Source: Eledone cirrhosa
Taxonomy: Eukaryota
Length of the DNA stretch: 64,000 nt
Assembly (NCBI GenBank): GCA_964016885.1
Contig: OZ024763.1
Span: 13,764,001-13,828,000 of the forward strand
Reading direction: 5' to 3'
Positions 51,324 through 64,000 of this stretch are shown here, piece after piece. The notes beneath the pieces are model-generated. The model was not told the origin of the DNA and made no database searches. It saw only the letters and a program-made list of their open reading frames with translations. Both the position numbers and the translations under genes were made by a program. Within the stretch, counting starts at the first letter, position 1; each line of letters opens with the position of its first letter.

Positions 51324-53294
51324 ATCATGTATGACCATTGATGAATGTCCCTGCAGATCATCAGGTTGTAGGATGAAATCAACCCTAGAGAAATGATAAG
51401 GTATATTTTACGGAAGCTCGCGAAGAATAAAAATGAAAATGAACCATTTTGAATTAATATCATTGGGAAAGCCATGAAGGCCACTACATCAATTTTTCTT
51501 TTAAATAGAAAGTAGGTTTATAAATTTTAATTTTGATAGTAATTTTGTAGTTGTCTCGGTAGCCTAGTGGTAGGTGTTGGGACAGTGGTGATGCTGGTCT
51601 GGGGTTCAATCTCAGTCAGGAATCTCTCGAGAAATTTAATTTTTTTTAATTTTTCATAAAATGAACGAAAAATAGAGGTTGCAGGAATCTGACTGAGGTC
51701 GAACCCCAGACCAGCACCTCCATCACCTCTAATACTTACCACTAGTCTACGGAGGCGGTTATAAAAACTAACTGAAAATTAATATTTATAAACCTACTTT
51801 TTCAATTTTTTATAAAAACAAAATTTCTGTACAAGGTTTTCATGTACACCTGACAGAGATCGAACCCCTAATCAATATCACCACTGTCTCTAATGTCTAC
51901 CACCAGACCACTGAGACGGTTATGAAATCGCAGTGAAAATTAATATTTATAAAACTACATTTTGTTCGGTTGAAAACTCGATGTAGTGGCATTCATGGCT
52001 TTTTCGGGACGTCCTTGAATTCATAAAGTAAATCTAGACTTTATTTCTCATTGCTCTAGGCTTGATTTGAACCTACAACAACTCCGTCTGCAATAATGTC
52101 ATACCTCATTCCAGCTTAGTACGTCGTAGCCGTAAATTGTTAAACGTGGTTCCTATATATACATGCAAGTCAGATTTGAACCTACAATGCTGTGCTTAAT
52201 TTCTATTAATAAGTGTGTTTTATAAAAGAAAGTAAAGAAACAATTTAATGAAAGTAAAAAATTTATTTTATTCAGTCATGGTTTTATTTTTATTTTATGT
52301 ATTCACTTCATTAACTGCTGAATAGTTCTCTTGTTTTTGTTTGTTCTTACCATTGTTTACTGTAAATGGTGACTTGACGAGACTGGATTATTACCAAGTT
52401 TTACTGGATGATGGCATTTCCTTATTGTATTATTTTGTTGTCAGTGGACATCTCTCTAAATACCTGGAATAAACATATGGTGTGTCTTTTACGTAACATT
52501 TCATTTAATATCTGATGTTCCAATGGATTACTTTTAAAATAAAACCAATAAACAGCACAGGTAGACTCCATCAAAAGAGACCACAGAAATGAGGTACGAA
52601 TAATCTAAAATTAATTTTAAAAAAAAGACAATGTTTAAAGAAAGACAAACATTAAAAAAATATTTCCAACAAACACGTAAAGACAAAGACAATCACATCC
52701 ACAATTTAATATCTGAAGATCAACATTTTTCACGATATAAATAAAACTAAATATGTAAAGTTAAGTGACCTCTCATTTATTTGCTCTAACTTTATTTTAC
52801 TAATCTGTATTCTGTAGACATATATTTTCCTTGGTGTACATTACGATTTCGTTGATGAAAGTTTTCACTCGTCTTTAGATCTTTATTTCTTATAAAAGTT
52901 ATAATACTCACCTCCTCTCATTAGATCTCTATTTTACTTCTGGAATACTGTATTAACATTTATATTTTCATCTCGATATTATTAAGTATTAAGGTTGCCA
53001 TGTATTACAATACAGTATATAAACAAGGGAATATGAGGAGGGGTAATCATTTAAAAACAGCTAACCGCACGCTCTGTGTATTTAGATTACACCAGGGTGT
53101 CCCATGGGCGATTTCATATATACATACACACATATATATACAAGTTATTGATTACAGAGTCGGGCTAGATCGATACAAAACGAACCTTAAGTTGATGAAT
53201 AGCGAAACGCGCGCCACGAATCAATAAACGTAATGAATGTGTACCCATTCGTCCTTATTTTATTATATATATATATTTTAATATATATATCTTA

Positions 53295-53344
<50 letters not shown>

Positions 53345-55124
53345 TAATTTATTTATTTCCACCTGGAGTTTCGACCGATAGATAGTATTAGCAATTGGAA
53401 AGACCAGTGGAAACATTGTTTCGTCGGTCCGATCTGACGAAGGTCGATCGACTGTCTATATATGTATATACATACACATACATTAATATTTACTCACTTC
53501 TATGTAAATATATATACATATTAAAAACACATACCATATACCAGCTTAAAAACGACTGACTAACCATCAGGACACATGCTTGCTCTTGTTAAAATTTCAC
53601 AGAGATACTTATGAAAACCGAACTTGCAACGCCACGTACACTTACATACACACACCTGCACATATACAGACGTATAGAAAAGGTATGACTTATATAGGTA
53701 CATCAAAGTTAATGTTCCACTATAGCACCATTCGAGGTAGATAAAACGAAGTACCAGTGTAGTACTGGAGTCGATTCTTCTTCTATATCTCTTTCTTACT
53801 TCCTTTCTCCTACTTTCTCTCCTTCTCTGGTAAATATCTCCTGTGATCAGATCTAGGGTAGAGATGGGATCAGTCAGCTTTTAAAGAATACCCAAGACAC
53901 CCCGAATATCAACGTGGGATCACCAAGACTCCCTCGCAAGCTATACATCCCTACATACATAGCAACATCAGACAGATCCTTTATGTAGATCACTTTTACT
54001 CGATGATGGAAGACAAGTTTTCAGTGAGTCAGAAAGGAATATTTGCGATATGAAGGGAGAACCTCTCTGAATAAATATTAGATAGTTAAGATGCTACGTA
54101 AAGCAGGCGGCGACAACATCGAGGACCAGAGATGCCATGTGGAAATAGACATCCACATATAAATATACAAAGATGGGGGACCTTATCATCATAGACACTT
54201 GGGCTTATGAATACACAAATATATATTTATATACATACATACATACATATATATACATGTGTGTGTGTGTGTGGGGGGGGGGGGCTCCTGCAGGACTAGA
54301 ACGGTTTCATTCGGAAGAAATCAAGGGCTTTCCTGATGATTTTTTCCGAATGAAACAGTTCTAGTCCTGTAGAAGCCATTTCTATATTAAATATTATTTA
54401 TTAAGTATTTATAATCTGCTATGTAATGAGTACCTTACTTACTGTGGTTACCGCCGATTGAACCCGGGATAAACATATATATATATACGGGTGCACAGGT
54501 GTACGGTGTCCTCAAGTTAACACCAAGGATTACGCTCGATGTCCCGTCACACATCACTACATCTTCGAGTAAATGTTGATTAGTAAATAAACCGTGTATC
54601 TCACATGTAAGAGGAAAACTATAGCAAGTGTTGAGGATAAGAGACGTGTGAAAATAATAATAATAATAGTGTTACAATTATTAATAGTAGTAGTTGTAAT
54701 AATAAAGTGAGGGGGGACAACATTATTATAAATAGTTATGTACACACAAGCTTACACAGGTACACATTCGTACACGTATTTACACAAACGTTTATAAATA
54801 AAAGACGAAGCTGATAAAAAGAACATATATTACCGTATCGCGTTTGGAACGATACACTTGACGTTGAGTTCTTGAATCTGATCCCATCACCGGTTGCTGA
54901 TACCATTATTGCACACACAACACAAGTTTAAAGAGCTGCCTGTTTAGAAACAATATTTCCAGGCCACCATCTACTCACTAAGGTATGACAGCTGAAGGAC
55001 ATCACTGGATATCAGCTGGTCGTTGGATGAAATAAACCTAGTGATAAGAATAAAAGTCATGATATATTTTCTGAAAACTCGAGAAAAGTAAAAACCATGG
55101 CGACTTGTTTGTGGTATTAAAAAG

Positions 55125-55603
55125 ACTGAGAAAGCCATGAACACCACCACGTCAATTAAGCTTCGAAAATAGAAAGTAGGTTTATATATATTAATTTTCA
55201 GTATATTTTTATATCCGTCTCGTTGGCCTATTGGTAGGTGTTAGAGACGGTGAAGATCGAGGTTTGGGGTTCAACCTTAGCCAGGATCTATATAAAATAA
55301 GGGGGTTTTACTAATTTTTTTCAGCTTTTTAAAAATGTAAAAAAGTAGATAAAAATTTTTTTTCATTTTACCATAGATTTTTTTACGTTTGCATTGAAAA
55401 AAGCTGAAAAAAATTAGTAAAACCCCCTTATTTTATATAGATCGTGGCCAAGATCGAAACCCAGACCAGGATCTCCACCGTCTCTCATACCTCCCACTAG
55501 GCTACAAAGACAGCTTCAGAATAATATTAAAAATTAATATTTATAAACATACTTTTGATTTTGGAAGATTAATTGAAGTGGTGGCGTTCATGCCTTTCTT
55601 AGT
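55125..55603. mobile_element. Long palindromic (foldback) element with a tRNA-like A/B-box module in each arm (others at 28808-29080, 31750-32080, 51465-52000, 58870-59640, 62890-63240; right arms only at 25100-25480)
   Basis: ACTGAGAAAGCCATGAACACCACCAC...GTGGTGGCGTTCATGCCTTTCTTAGT outer arms; perfect 46-bp inner arms 55285-55330 / 55398-55443. Confidence 0.8.
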
Positions 55604-56268
55604 GTTGCTGTGATTAGAAAGGGTCGACTTTGTCTTTCATAATTCAGGCTCTTTCATGAAGTAAATATTCATTTTATTTCTTAACGCCCTAGTATTGATT
55701 TGAACCTACAATTACTTCGTCTGCAATAATGTTCACTAATTTCAAATCTGCCATACCTAAATCCTGTTGCGACTTACAAATAAATTGTTAAATGTCACTT
55801 TTATATATTTACCAATGTGAGATTGGAACCTACAGTTATGTGCTTTGCAGTAATGTCCCGTAACTCAAACTAGATTGCGCTAAGCTTGTATATTTCTTTC
55901 GTCCGAACAACATAATGGTTTCGATCCCAGTTCGCTACTGGTACAAGAAATAATTTAAAGAAATTCTATATCCCCAGCTAAATATTGAACTCCTAACGAC
56001 ATTTTATGTTACTTAATACCAATAACCCTGTTACACACTGAACATCTAAGCCCTGAACACACATTTATATTTATGACTCAATTTCCAATTTTTTAAATGA
56101 TATTACACCACCTTTGTGTTCTAGGTGAAAATCCTGTCGATATTAATTTACAATTTTATAACTTTAGAGAAGAAAAATAGAGTACCAGTCATTTTATGGG
56201 TTCAATTTAATCGATCGGCTTCACCCCGTCAATCACTTGACATTTGCCAAACAAAAACACACAAACAG

Positions 56269-56299
<31 letters not shown>

Positions 56300-57399
56300 C
56301 GACAAATTAAAATAAATTACGTGTTTAATAAAGAAAAAAATTATTGAAAGTAAGAAATTATAATTATTTAGTAATAATATTTTTATTCTTTGTTTTCACT
56401 GCATTAACTGCTGAGTGTGACTTAATTTTCTTACTATTTTCTACTGTAAATGGCGGCTGAGTCGTTATTGGAGTATTACTAAGGTTTACTGGATGATGTT
56501 TCCTTATTGCTTTATTTTACAAAAAGTACCAGTAATGCACTGGGTAATTGCTGGACTTGTGCCTAAAGTAGAAACAATTATTTTACAAACAGTGGACATC
56601 GGAATATCCCTCTATATACCTGGGATAAATGTAAGGAGCATTGTTATGTTATACATAGTACAATGGTCATCTCTTCTTATATTTACATTTTCTTCCCCAA
56701 TTCTGTATTTTGAAGTACTTTCATTATTTTAAATATTTCTATCATGTCACTCGTTTGATTAATCTCCTCCAAAGTTGTAATTCTATGTGTTTGTCCTTGG
56801 TATAGTGAACTAATGTTGATATTTTCAAGTCTTGGTATTTATATGGAATAGTGTACTAATATTTAAATAGTCTTTATATTTTTGTCTTGTCTCCCCTAAG
56901 ATTTATCTCCTCTAAATTTACAAAAGTTTCTCATCTTCCTTCACAAGACAGATCCCTAAATAATTCTAGTGTCTTCTGTTTTCTCCTCTCTGGGTTGCTT
57001 CAAGAGCCTCACCGTTTCTTCGGAGGTCAGTTGACCATGGCCCAAAACAATATTCTCAGTGGTATCACACATATTCATCTAGAGTTTTAGATATTTCAGC
57101 ATTTAACTAGGAAAAAGAATGTTTTATTATTTCTATTATCCGTCTCCCTGTTTTGCTTCAACATGGTTAGTCATCTTTCAATTCATATTCATACATATTC
57201 ACAATTCTTCTGTGAGGGGTATAAGAAGCTCGTTTGATGATCGAACCTGACTGAAAATCGTAAGGTCCTCAGATACGTCTTGATTCTACGAAGCAGATTT
57301 TCCTATTTCCATACATTTATATACACACCAAGGATGGAAGACAGATCTCTGTATATTTTCATGAAATTAGATTCACCGTTAACATGGAGTGACGACTAA

Positions 57400-58760
57400 A
57401 CTGTAGTTATGTCCAAGCCAGTTGATACAATTCTAAGTTAGTTGATATATTTTGAAGTATTGCGAGATTTACTGAGTTCTTTTCTTATTGCCATAGCATG
57501 ATCAAATTCACTACAATGCTTTCTGCTCACTTTTACTCAGCATCACAAATATTTCGTTCTTCATCTGTCATATCTTTTTATCATCATTTACTGTTGTGTC
57601 GTCTACTCCATCATTTAAACTATTCAATTCACTAATATCTCTTTGAGAAATATATATTTTCTGATGTCTTTAGAGCATTGTATCTTATAAACAGTATAAT
57701 GGTGTCCTCTTCTTACATTTTCTTCTGATTTTCAAGTCCTTTCATTATCATAAATATTTCTGTCGTGTCTCCCCTTAGTTTTATCTCCTCCAAAGTTGTA
57801 ATTCCTAGATTTTTACACCTTTCTTGTCAAGACAGATTTGTTAATAATTCTGGTATTTCATGCTTCTTTCTTCTCTGGATTCCTTCAATAGCTTCTCTCT
57901 CCTTTCGGAAGTCGGGTGACCATACCTGCAAATAATATTCTAAGTAGTATCACACATATCATTTATCTAGAGTTTCAATATTTCTGTATGTTGGTAGGTA
58001 TAGTAATATTTTATCATTCCTATAATCCGACTTGGTGTTGTGGGTTTTTTTATGTGAGATGGTTAGTTAACCTTAAATTCAAATTGTTACATATTCCGAT
58101 TTTGTTGGGGTGGGTGAAACAAGAGACACATTTTTACATAAAAATTCGATGTTAAAACCTGCTGGCGTCTTATACATCCAAGATACGAATATGATAATTA
58201 TATATGTTTGTACTAGCCATGTATAAGTATATCCCTATTTATAACTCTTCCTCAAAACAATATATTCCGAAAAATGCCGTATGATGTCTCCGTGAGTGTT
58301 CCATTTCAATCAATATCTCATTTCGATTTTCAATAGATTGTGTGGCCCTTGAAGATGCAATCATTTCTCCTTTTTATAATAATTAATTTGTTTTACAATG
58401 TTCGTATTGTTGCTTCGTCCATTTTACGTTTAGTGTCACAAACTATCGTTAATTCAAGATTTTGCTCTAATATAATAAACTATACTTTTAAAAGACTGAC
58501 ATTCTCATATTCATTCTATCTCTTCTATATAGTTATCTAACCGATAAAAGAATGTATGTGGTATGTGAGAGGTAGAAATAACACGACCTTCTTTCACCGC
58601 TGCAGATAGCAAACTGGCAGTGTGTTTAGCTGATAACGGTGAACATCACGTGTTTAGCGTTAAGTCCCAACATAGTGCCATTTTTATACCGGGTTAACTG
58701 GAAAGTCGGACCAAATAAGGATACAATCTTCTGCCCTTATCAACATTCTCCGATCTTGGT
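57400..58760 (-). mobile_element. Decayed CR1-type LINE RT C-terminal region (also about 60330-62450)
   Basis: LEYYLQVWSPDFRKEREAIEGIQRR...NLS*QERCKNLGITTLEEIKLRGDTTEIFMIMKG and LNSLNDGV match the CR1 consensus LEYC.QVWSP...LE.RRLRGD.IE.FKI.KG / WNSLP. Confidence 0.85.
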
Positions 58761-61700
58761 CCCTGAATAAATAGTGAGATAAAGTGATAGGGTTGAATCT
58801 CTATCAAGAATTACAGTAGGTTATTTTTAACGAAGGACATCAATAAATTTAATAGTGAGGTATCACAGTTGAAGAAGGCCACTGCAGATTATCGGGTTGT
58901 AGGATGAAATGAACCTTAGAGAAAGTAAGTGAAGATATATTTTCTGAAATTGCCAGAAGAATAAAAATCCCATGTCGACCCTTTTGAAGTATTGATAATG
59001 CTGAGAAAGGCATGAATGCCACAACATCTATTATGCTTGGAAATACAAGGTGGGTTTCTGAAAGCTCCAGAGGAATAAAATACAAGGTCGGTCGTTGGTA
59101 GTGCGAATAACATAGAAAAAGACATGAAGGCCACCACATCAAGTTTGCTTGGATATAGAAAAGTAGCTTTATAAATATAAATGTTCATAGTACTTTTGTG
59201 GCAGTCTCTGTGGGCTAATGGTATGTGATAGAGACGGTGAAGATCCTGGTCTCTGGTTCAATCTCGACCAGGAACTACACTAACTTTTTTCATTTTACTA
59301 GAGATAAAATAAAAAAACTTTTAATTTTTTCACTAAGACCCCTCTAGTCCTGGCCAAGATTGAACCCGACACCAGGATCTTCACCGTCTCCCATACCTTC
59401 CACAAGGCCACCGAAACTTGCTACAAAAAGTGATTGAAAATTAATATTTATAAACCTACTTTACTATTTTCAAGCAAAATTGATGTGGTGGCGTTCATGC
59501 CTTACTCAATGTTATAAATACTAAAAGGGGTCGACTCTGTCTTTCATCCTCCTGGGTCTTTGATAAATTAAATCTTCACTTTGTTTCTTATCGCTCTACG
59601 GTTGATTTGAACCTACAATGTCCCAGTCTACAATAATATTTACTAACTTTAAATCTATCATACCTGGTTTGTGTGTGTGTGTGTGAAATATTCCCACCTC
59701 GTACAATACGCCCGTAAATTGTTAAACCCGATTTCTATATAGATAATATACGTAGCAGTGTAAGATCTGAACCTACAATGATATGTTTTGCAGTAATTTT
59801 ACACAATTTCAACTAAATAGCGATATGTATATGTTTTTCGTTTCTTAAAAATAAAAGAAATTCTATATCCGCAGCTAAATATTGAACTCCTGACAGCACC
59901 ACAAACTACATTAAATACTTAACTACCAAGTCTCACACGACTTTGTAACTAAATGATAAAATAATAACACCTCAATTTTTAATTGATATTACTTCACCTT
60001 TTTGTGTTCTCATCTTGGTGAAAATCTGGCCCTGATTAATTTAACATTTTTATTTTTGGAGAGATAAAATATAGTACCAGTCACATAGTGGGATCAATTT
60101 AATCGATCGAATTCTCACCGTAAATTTTTGACTTCTGCCTCAGTTACAAACAAAGAGAGTTTATCTGTGTGTGTATATATATATATATTAGTTAAAGTAT
60201 GTGTTAGCAATAAATAAATGAAAAAAATTAAATAATGACAGTAAGACATTTTTATTCAGTAGTTTTATTTTTATTGTGATTTTCAATACATTAACTGTCC
60301 AGTGTTTTTGTTTCTGCTTATATTCTATTGCAAATGGCGGCTACGGCGAAACTGGATTACCAAGGTTTACTGGATGTTGTCTTTTGCTTTGTGGATTACT
60401 TTACAAACTGGAGACATCAGGATATCTACCGCAATACCCGAGATAAACATAAGGTGTGTCTTTTACGCAATATTTCGTTTTACAGACATGTTCGACTTGA
60501 TCAAATTTGACCTGTCTATGAGACAGATTCTATTTCAAAACAAACCACACAGACCAACCACGAATAATCTAACATTAGTTTTTCAAAAGATAATCCATCT
60601 TTAAAGAGAGACAAATATTTAAAAATTGACGTTCAAAGGAACACTCGATAGCAGAAAGAATCTCAGCCGCAATTTAATGTCTGAAGTTAGACATTTTTCA
60701 CGACATAAATATAGTTTAATGCCCCTCCTCTCACATCTGACTCGTTTTCTTAAAACTTACTTCTAATAATACATATTTTATAGACATATACTTTCGAAGG
60801 TAAACATTGTTTTTGTGTTATGTTTTGTAATTTTTCAAGTAATTCGTAGTTTTAGAAATGACATTCCGATTATGTAGAAAATCTATGACATTATTCTGAT
60901 TGATATTATACTTTATCAACATGAGATTGGAAGACAGGCATAATTAACGAATTTTCAAGTTTATATTTAGCCGACTCCAAACACAGTACGTAAGTTTTTA
61001 GTACACGAAATCTTTAACGAACTTAACTACATACAATAATGAAAGTATTTGAAGTAAATTAATGAGTTTCACCGACATTATCGTAATCTACATCATGGAA
61101 GACGGATCTCTGTATATTTTCATGTAAAATATATTCACCGTGAACAAATTCATGGAGTGACGACTAAACTGTAGTTATGTCCAAGCCAATTGATACCATT
61201 CTAAGTTAGTTGATATATTTTGAAGTATTGCGAGATTTACTGAGTTCTTTTCTTATTGCCATAGCATGATCAAATTCACTACAATGCTTTCTGCTCACTT
61301 TTACTCAGCATCACAAATATTATTTAATCTATTCATTCGTTCTTCATCTGTCATATATTTTTTATCATCATTTACTGTTGTGTCGTCTACTCCATCATTT
61401 AAACTATTCCATTCACTAATATCTCTTTGAGAAATATATATTTTCTGATGTCTTTAGAGCATTGTATCTTATAAACAGTATAATGGTATCCTCTTCTTAG
61501 ATTTACATTTTCTTCCGTAATTTCAAGTCCTTCCATCATCTTAAATATTTCTATGTCTCCCCTTTGTTTTATCTCCTCCCAAGTTGTAATTCCTAAGTTT
61601 TTACATCTTTATTCTCAAGACAGATTTCTTAATTCTTTTGTTTTATTTTTTGTTCTTCTCTGGATTCTTTCAATATTTTCTGTCGTGCGTCCATGTCCCT

Positions 61701-63361
61701 ACGGAATACTCTACGTGGTGTCGCTCATATCATTCATCGATAATTTAAAATTTGTTTGCATTTAGCTAGGTAAATTATTATTCCTATCGTCTCACTTGCT
61801 ACTTTTTGCCTTTAACATGGTTAGCCACCTTTCAATTACAATATACATATTCGAAATATATTTTTTTGTGGGGTGGGGGAATAAGGGGTACTTTTCTACC
61901 CGAAAAAAAAAAAAAAAAAACCGATGTAAAAAAAAACAACAAAAAAAAAAACCGTCTGCCCTTTCCTTAAAGGTACGAATATAATAAACATTATATATAT
62001 ATATATATACATATATATACACACACTCCATGAACAAGGATAGCTGCATATTTACACTTCCCCCAATCATTTTGTCTTGAAAATAAACATGTCTTAAAAT
62101 CTATGTGTTCCATTTCAATTAATTTCTTATTTCGTGTTTCAGTACATTTGTTCTTAAAACTAAGGGGGTCTTACATCCCAAAAAATATTGTAAGATGTCT
62201 CCATAGATTGACATTCTCAATTTAATTCTTTCTCTTGTGTATTGTTCTCTAATGGATAACATATGTATGTTGTTCATTAGAGGTAGAAGTAACACGACCT
62301 TCCCTCATCGCTGCACAGATCTAACTGGCAGTGTGTTTAGCATGAGTGCTGGTAAGTATTCGACAACTGTGAACATCAGCTGTGAAGTCAGAACAAACTG
62401 CCTTTATATAGGGTGTTAATTGGAAAGACTAAACAGTGAGATAAAGTGACGAGGTTCAATTTCTACCAAGAATTACACAAGGTTATTTTAAACCAGAAAT
62501 TATTATGTTGTTGCTGTAAATGTGTAGTCAGGGTTTCAATCCTTAGCAGGGTTTGTAGAGTTACATTTATGTAATTATTAACAAATAAAAACAGATTTAT
62601 ATAGCGATGTTGTACGTTCAAATAAAACACACACACATATATATATATAAATAAATATTTATATGTTATATTGTTTCTAATTTTGGCACAAGGCCAGCAA
62701 TTATCCCAGTGTATTACTGGTACTTTATTTTATTGACCCTGTAAAGATGAAAGGCAAAGTTAACCTCGGCGGGATTTGAACTCAGAATGGCAAGGGCCGT
62801 AACTCTATGCTGGGAAGCATAGCGTTTGAACCTCTACCGATTCTGCTAATATACCGCCCCTGCCAAGACACCGCCCTATGTAGTGTTAATAAGACGGAAC
62901 CAGCATGAATGTAACCACATCTATTTAGCTTGCTAATAGAAAGTAGTTTCATATATATTAAATTTCAATTAGTTCTGTAGCTGTTATTGTTACGGTGGCC
63001 TAGTGGGGGTTATTAGAGACGGTGGAGGACCTGGTTTGGTTTTCAATGAAGACATACATTAAGGGGGTCTTACTTTTCCATTTTATAAGAGAAAAAATGT
63101 AAGATTTAGTGAGATTATATCCTGATTCAGATCGAACTCACGACCAGGAACGGATTCACCTCTAATACATACCACTGGGTCACCAAAACGGATGTAAAAC
63201 CTCACTGAAAATGAATATATATCAACCTACTTTCAATATGGAACCAATATTGTTGCAGATGTTCGGTTTTCTCTTAGCTTTCATAAATTGAATGTTGAAT
63301 TAGCTTCTCATCGATATAGGGAAGATTGGAACATTCAATAATTCCGTATATATATATACAT

Positions 63362-63407
<46 letters not shown>

Positions 63408-63869
63408 AAGAAATAAGTCACCAAGTTCAACAGTTTATAAATTATTTATTTCATCAACACTTGTTTCATTGCTATTACATGTTACACATCTTAAGAAAGA
63501 CATCGTCAGGAACAATTCTAAACATAACATTGGAAGTCTACAATATAAATTAAATCAATTTTGAGGTTGAATATATATTTCAATGCCATATTGTTGTTTT
63601 ATCAACTGATAGAATTTTCAACACGTAATATATATATATATATATACGTAAGCATGTATGTTTATATATATATATATGTATGTGTTTATATATATGTGTG
63701 TATATATATATACATGTGCGTGTATATGGCAATAGGGAGCAAGAGTAACACACTATTGAACTCCCGAACTAGGGTGCCACAGTATGGCACTTTAGAGCTT
63801 CAATGCTGCACTATGGTATTTAGTAGATTTAACTAAACTTAGTACTGACTTAGTACTGAGTTAGTAGAG

Positions 63870-64000
63870 TTAAAAGCGAATACAAGCAGCCAAAATGGGG
63901 TTCCTCGAAAGGGTCTTTGGAGTAACGTTACTTGATAAAGTGTGTAGCTCAGAGATCAGAGAGTCACTCCAGGTAGAGCTGCTACTTCTCCCAACAGAGA
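63870..64000 (+). mobile_element. RTE fragment running off the window end
   Basis: KRIQAAKMGFLERVFGVTLLDKVCSSEIRESLQVELLLL resembles RTE RIQAAEM.FLRRV.G.TL.D.VRSSEIR.SL. Confidence 0.8.

Larger units (their letters stand above)
47700..63250. repeat. Macro-repeat cluster 2 (about 4-5 units, divergence increasing rightwards)
   Basis: Palindrome landmarks at 49.8 (half), 51.7, 55.35, 59.3 and 63.05 kb; shared blocks TTGATTTGAACCTACAA, TTTACTGGATG, CCAAAGTTGTAATTC; 57.34-57.8 kb nearly identical to 61.1-61.6 kb. Confidence 0.92.

Overview
AT-rich, repeat-dense animal DNA, most likely an octopus or other coleoid cephalopod. This is inferred from the SINE types, the RTE LINEs with (TGA)n tails and the dense (TA)n tracts. 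Main contents: (1) an RTE LINE with one intact 1039-aa ORF (APE + RT with a PHD-like finger inserted) at 313-3432 (-); (2) the last two coding exons of a type I membrane protein gene (+; 5974-6170 and 13259-13483), whose last intron holds Penelope-type foldback elements carrying type I hammerhead ribozymes, including two tandem sense-strand copies 210 nt apart; (3) a CpG-rich promoter near 24.3 kb with a candidate spliced minus-strand smORF/lncRNA; (4) two clusters (25-34.7 kb and 47.7-63.3 kb) of a ~3.5-3.8 kb macro-repeat, each unit being a long palindrome with convergent tRNA-like Pol III A/B-box modules plus decayed CR1 LINE sequence; (5) a 5-kb purine-rich satellite and a 2.2-kb minisatellite; (6) three candidate minus-strand exons (45.2, 44.2, 39.8 kb). 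One of these begins with an in-frame TGA in the motif [TGA]PSPVL, which recurs 92 codons later as CPSPVL. Most ORFs in the supplied track are microsatellite or satellite artefacts. All calls were made by eye, and element boundaries are approximate unless splice or motif coordinates are given.
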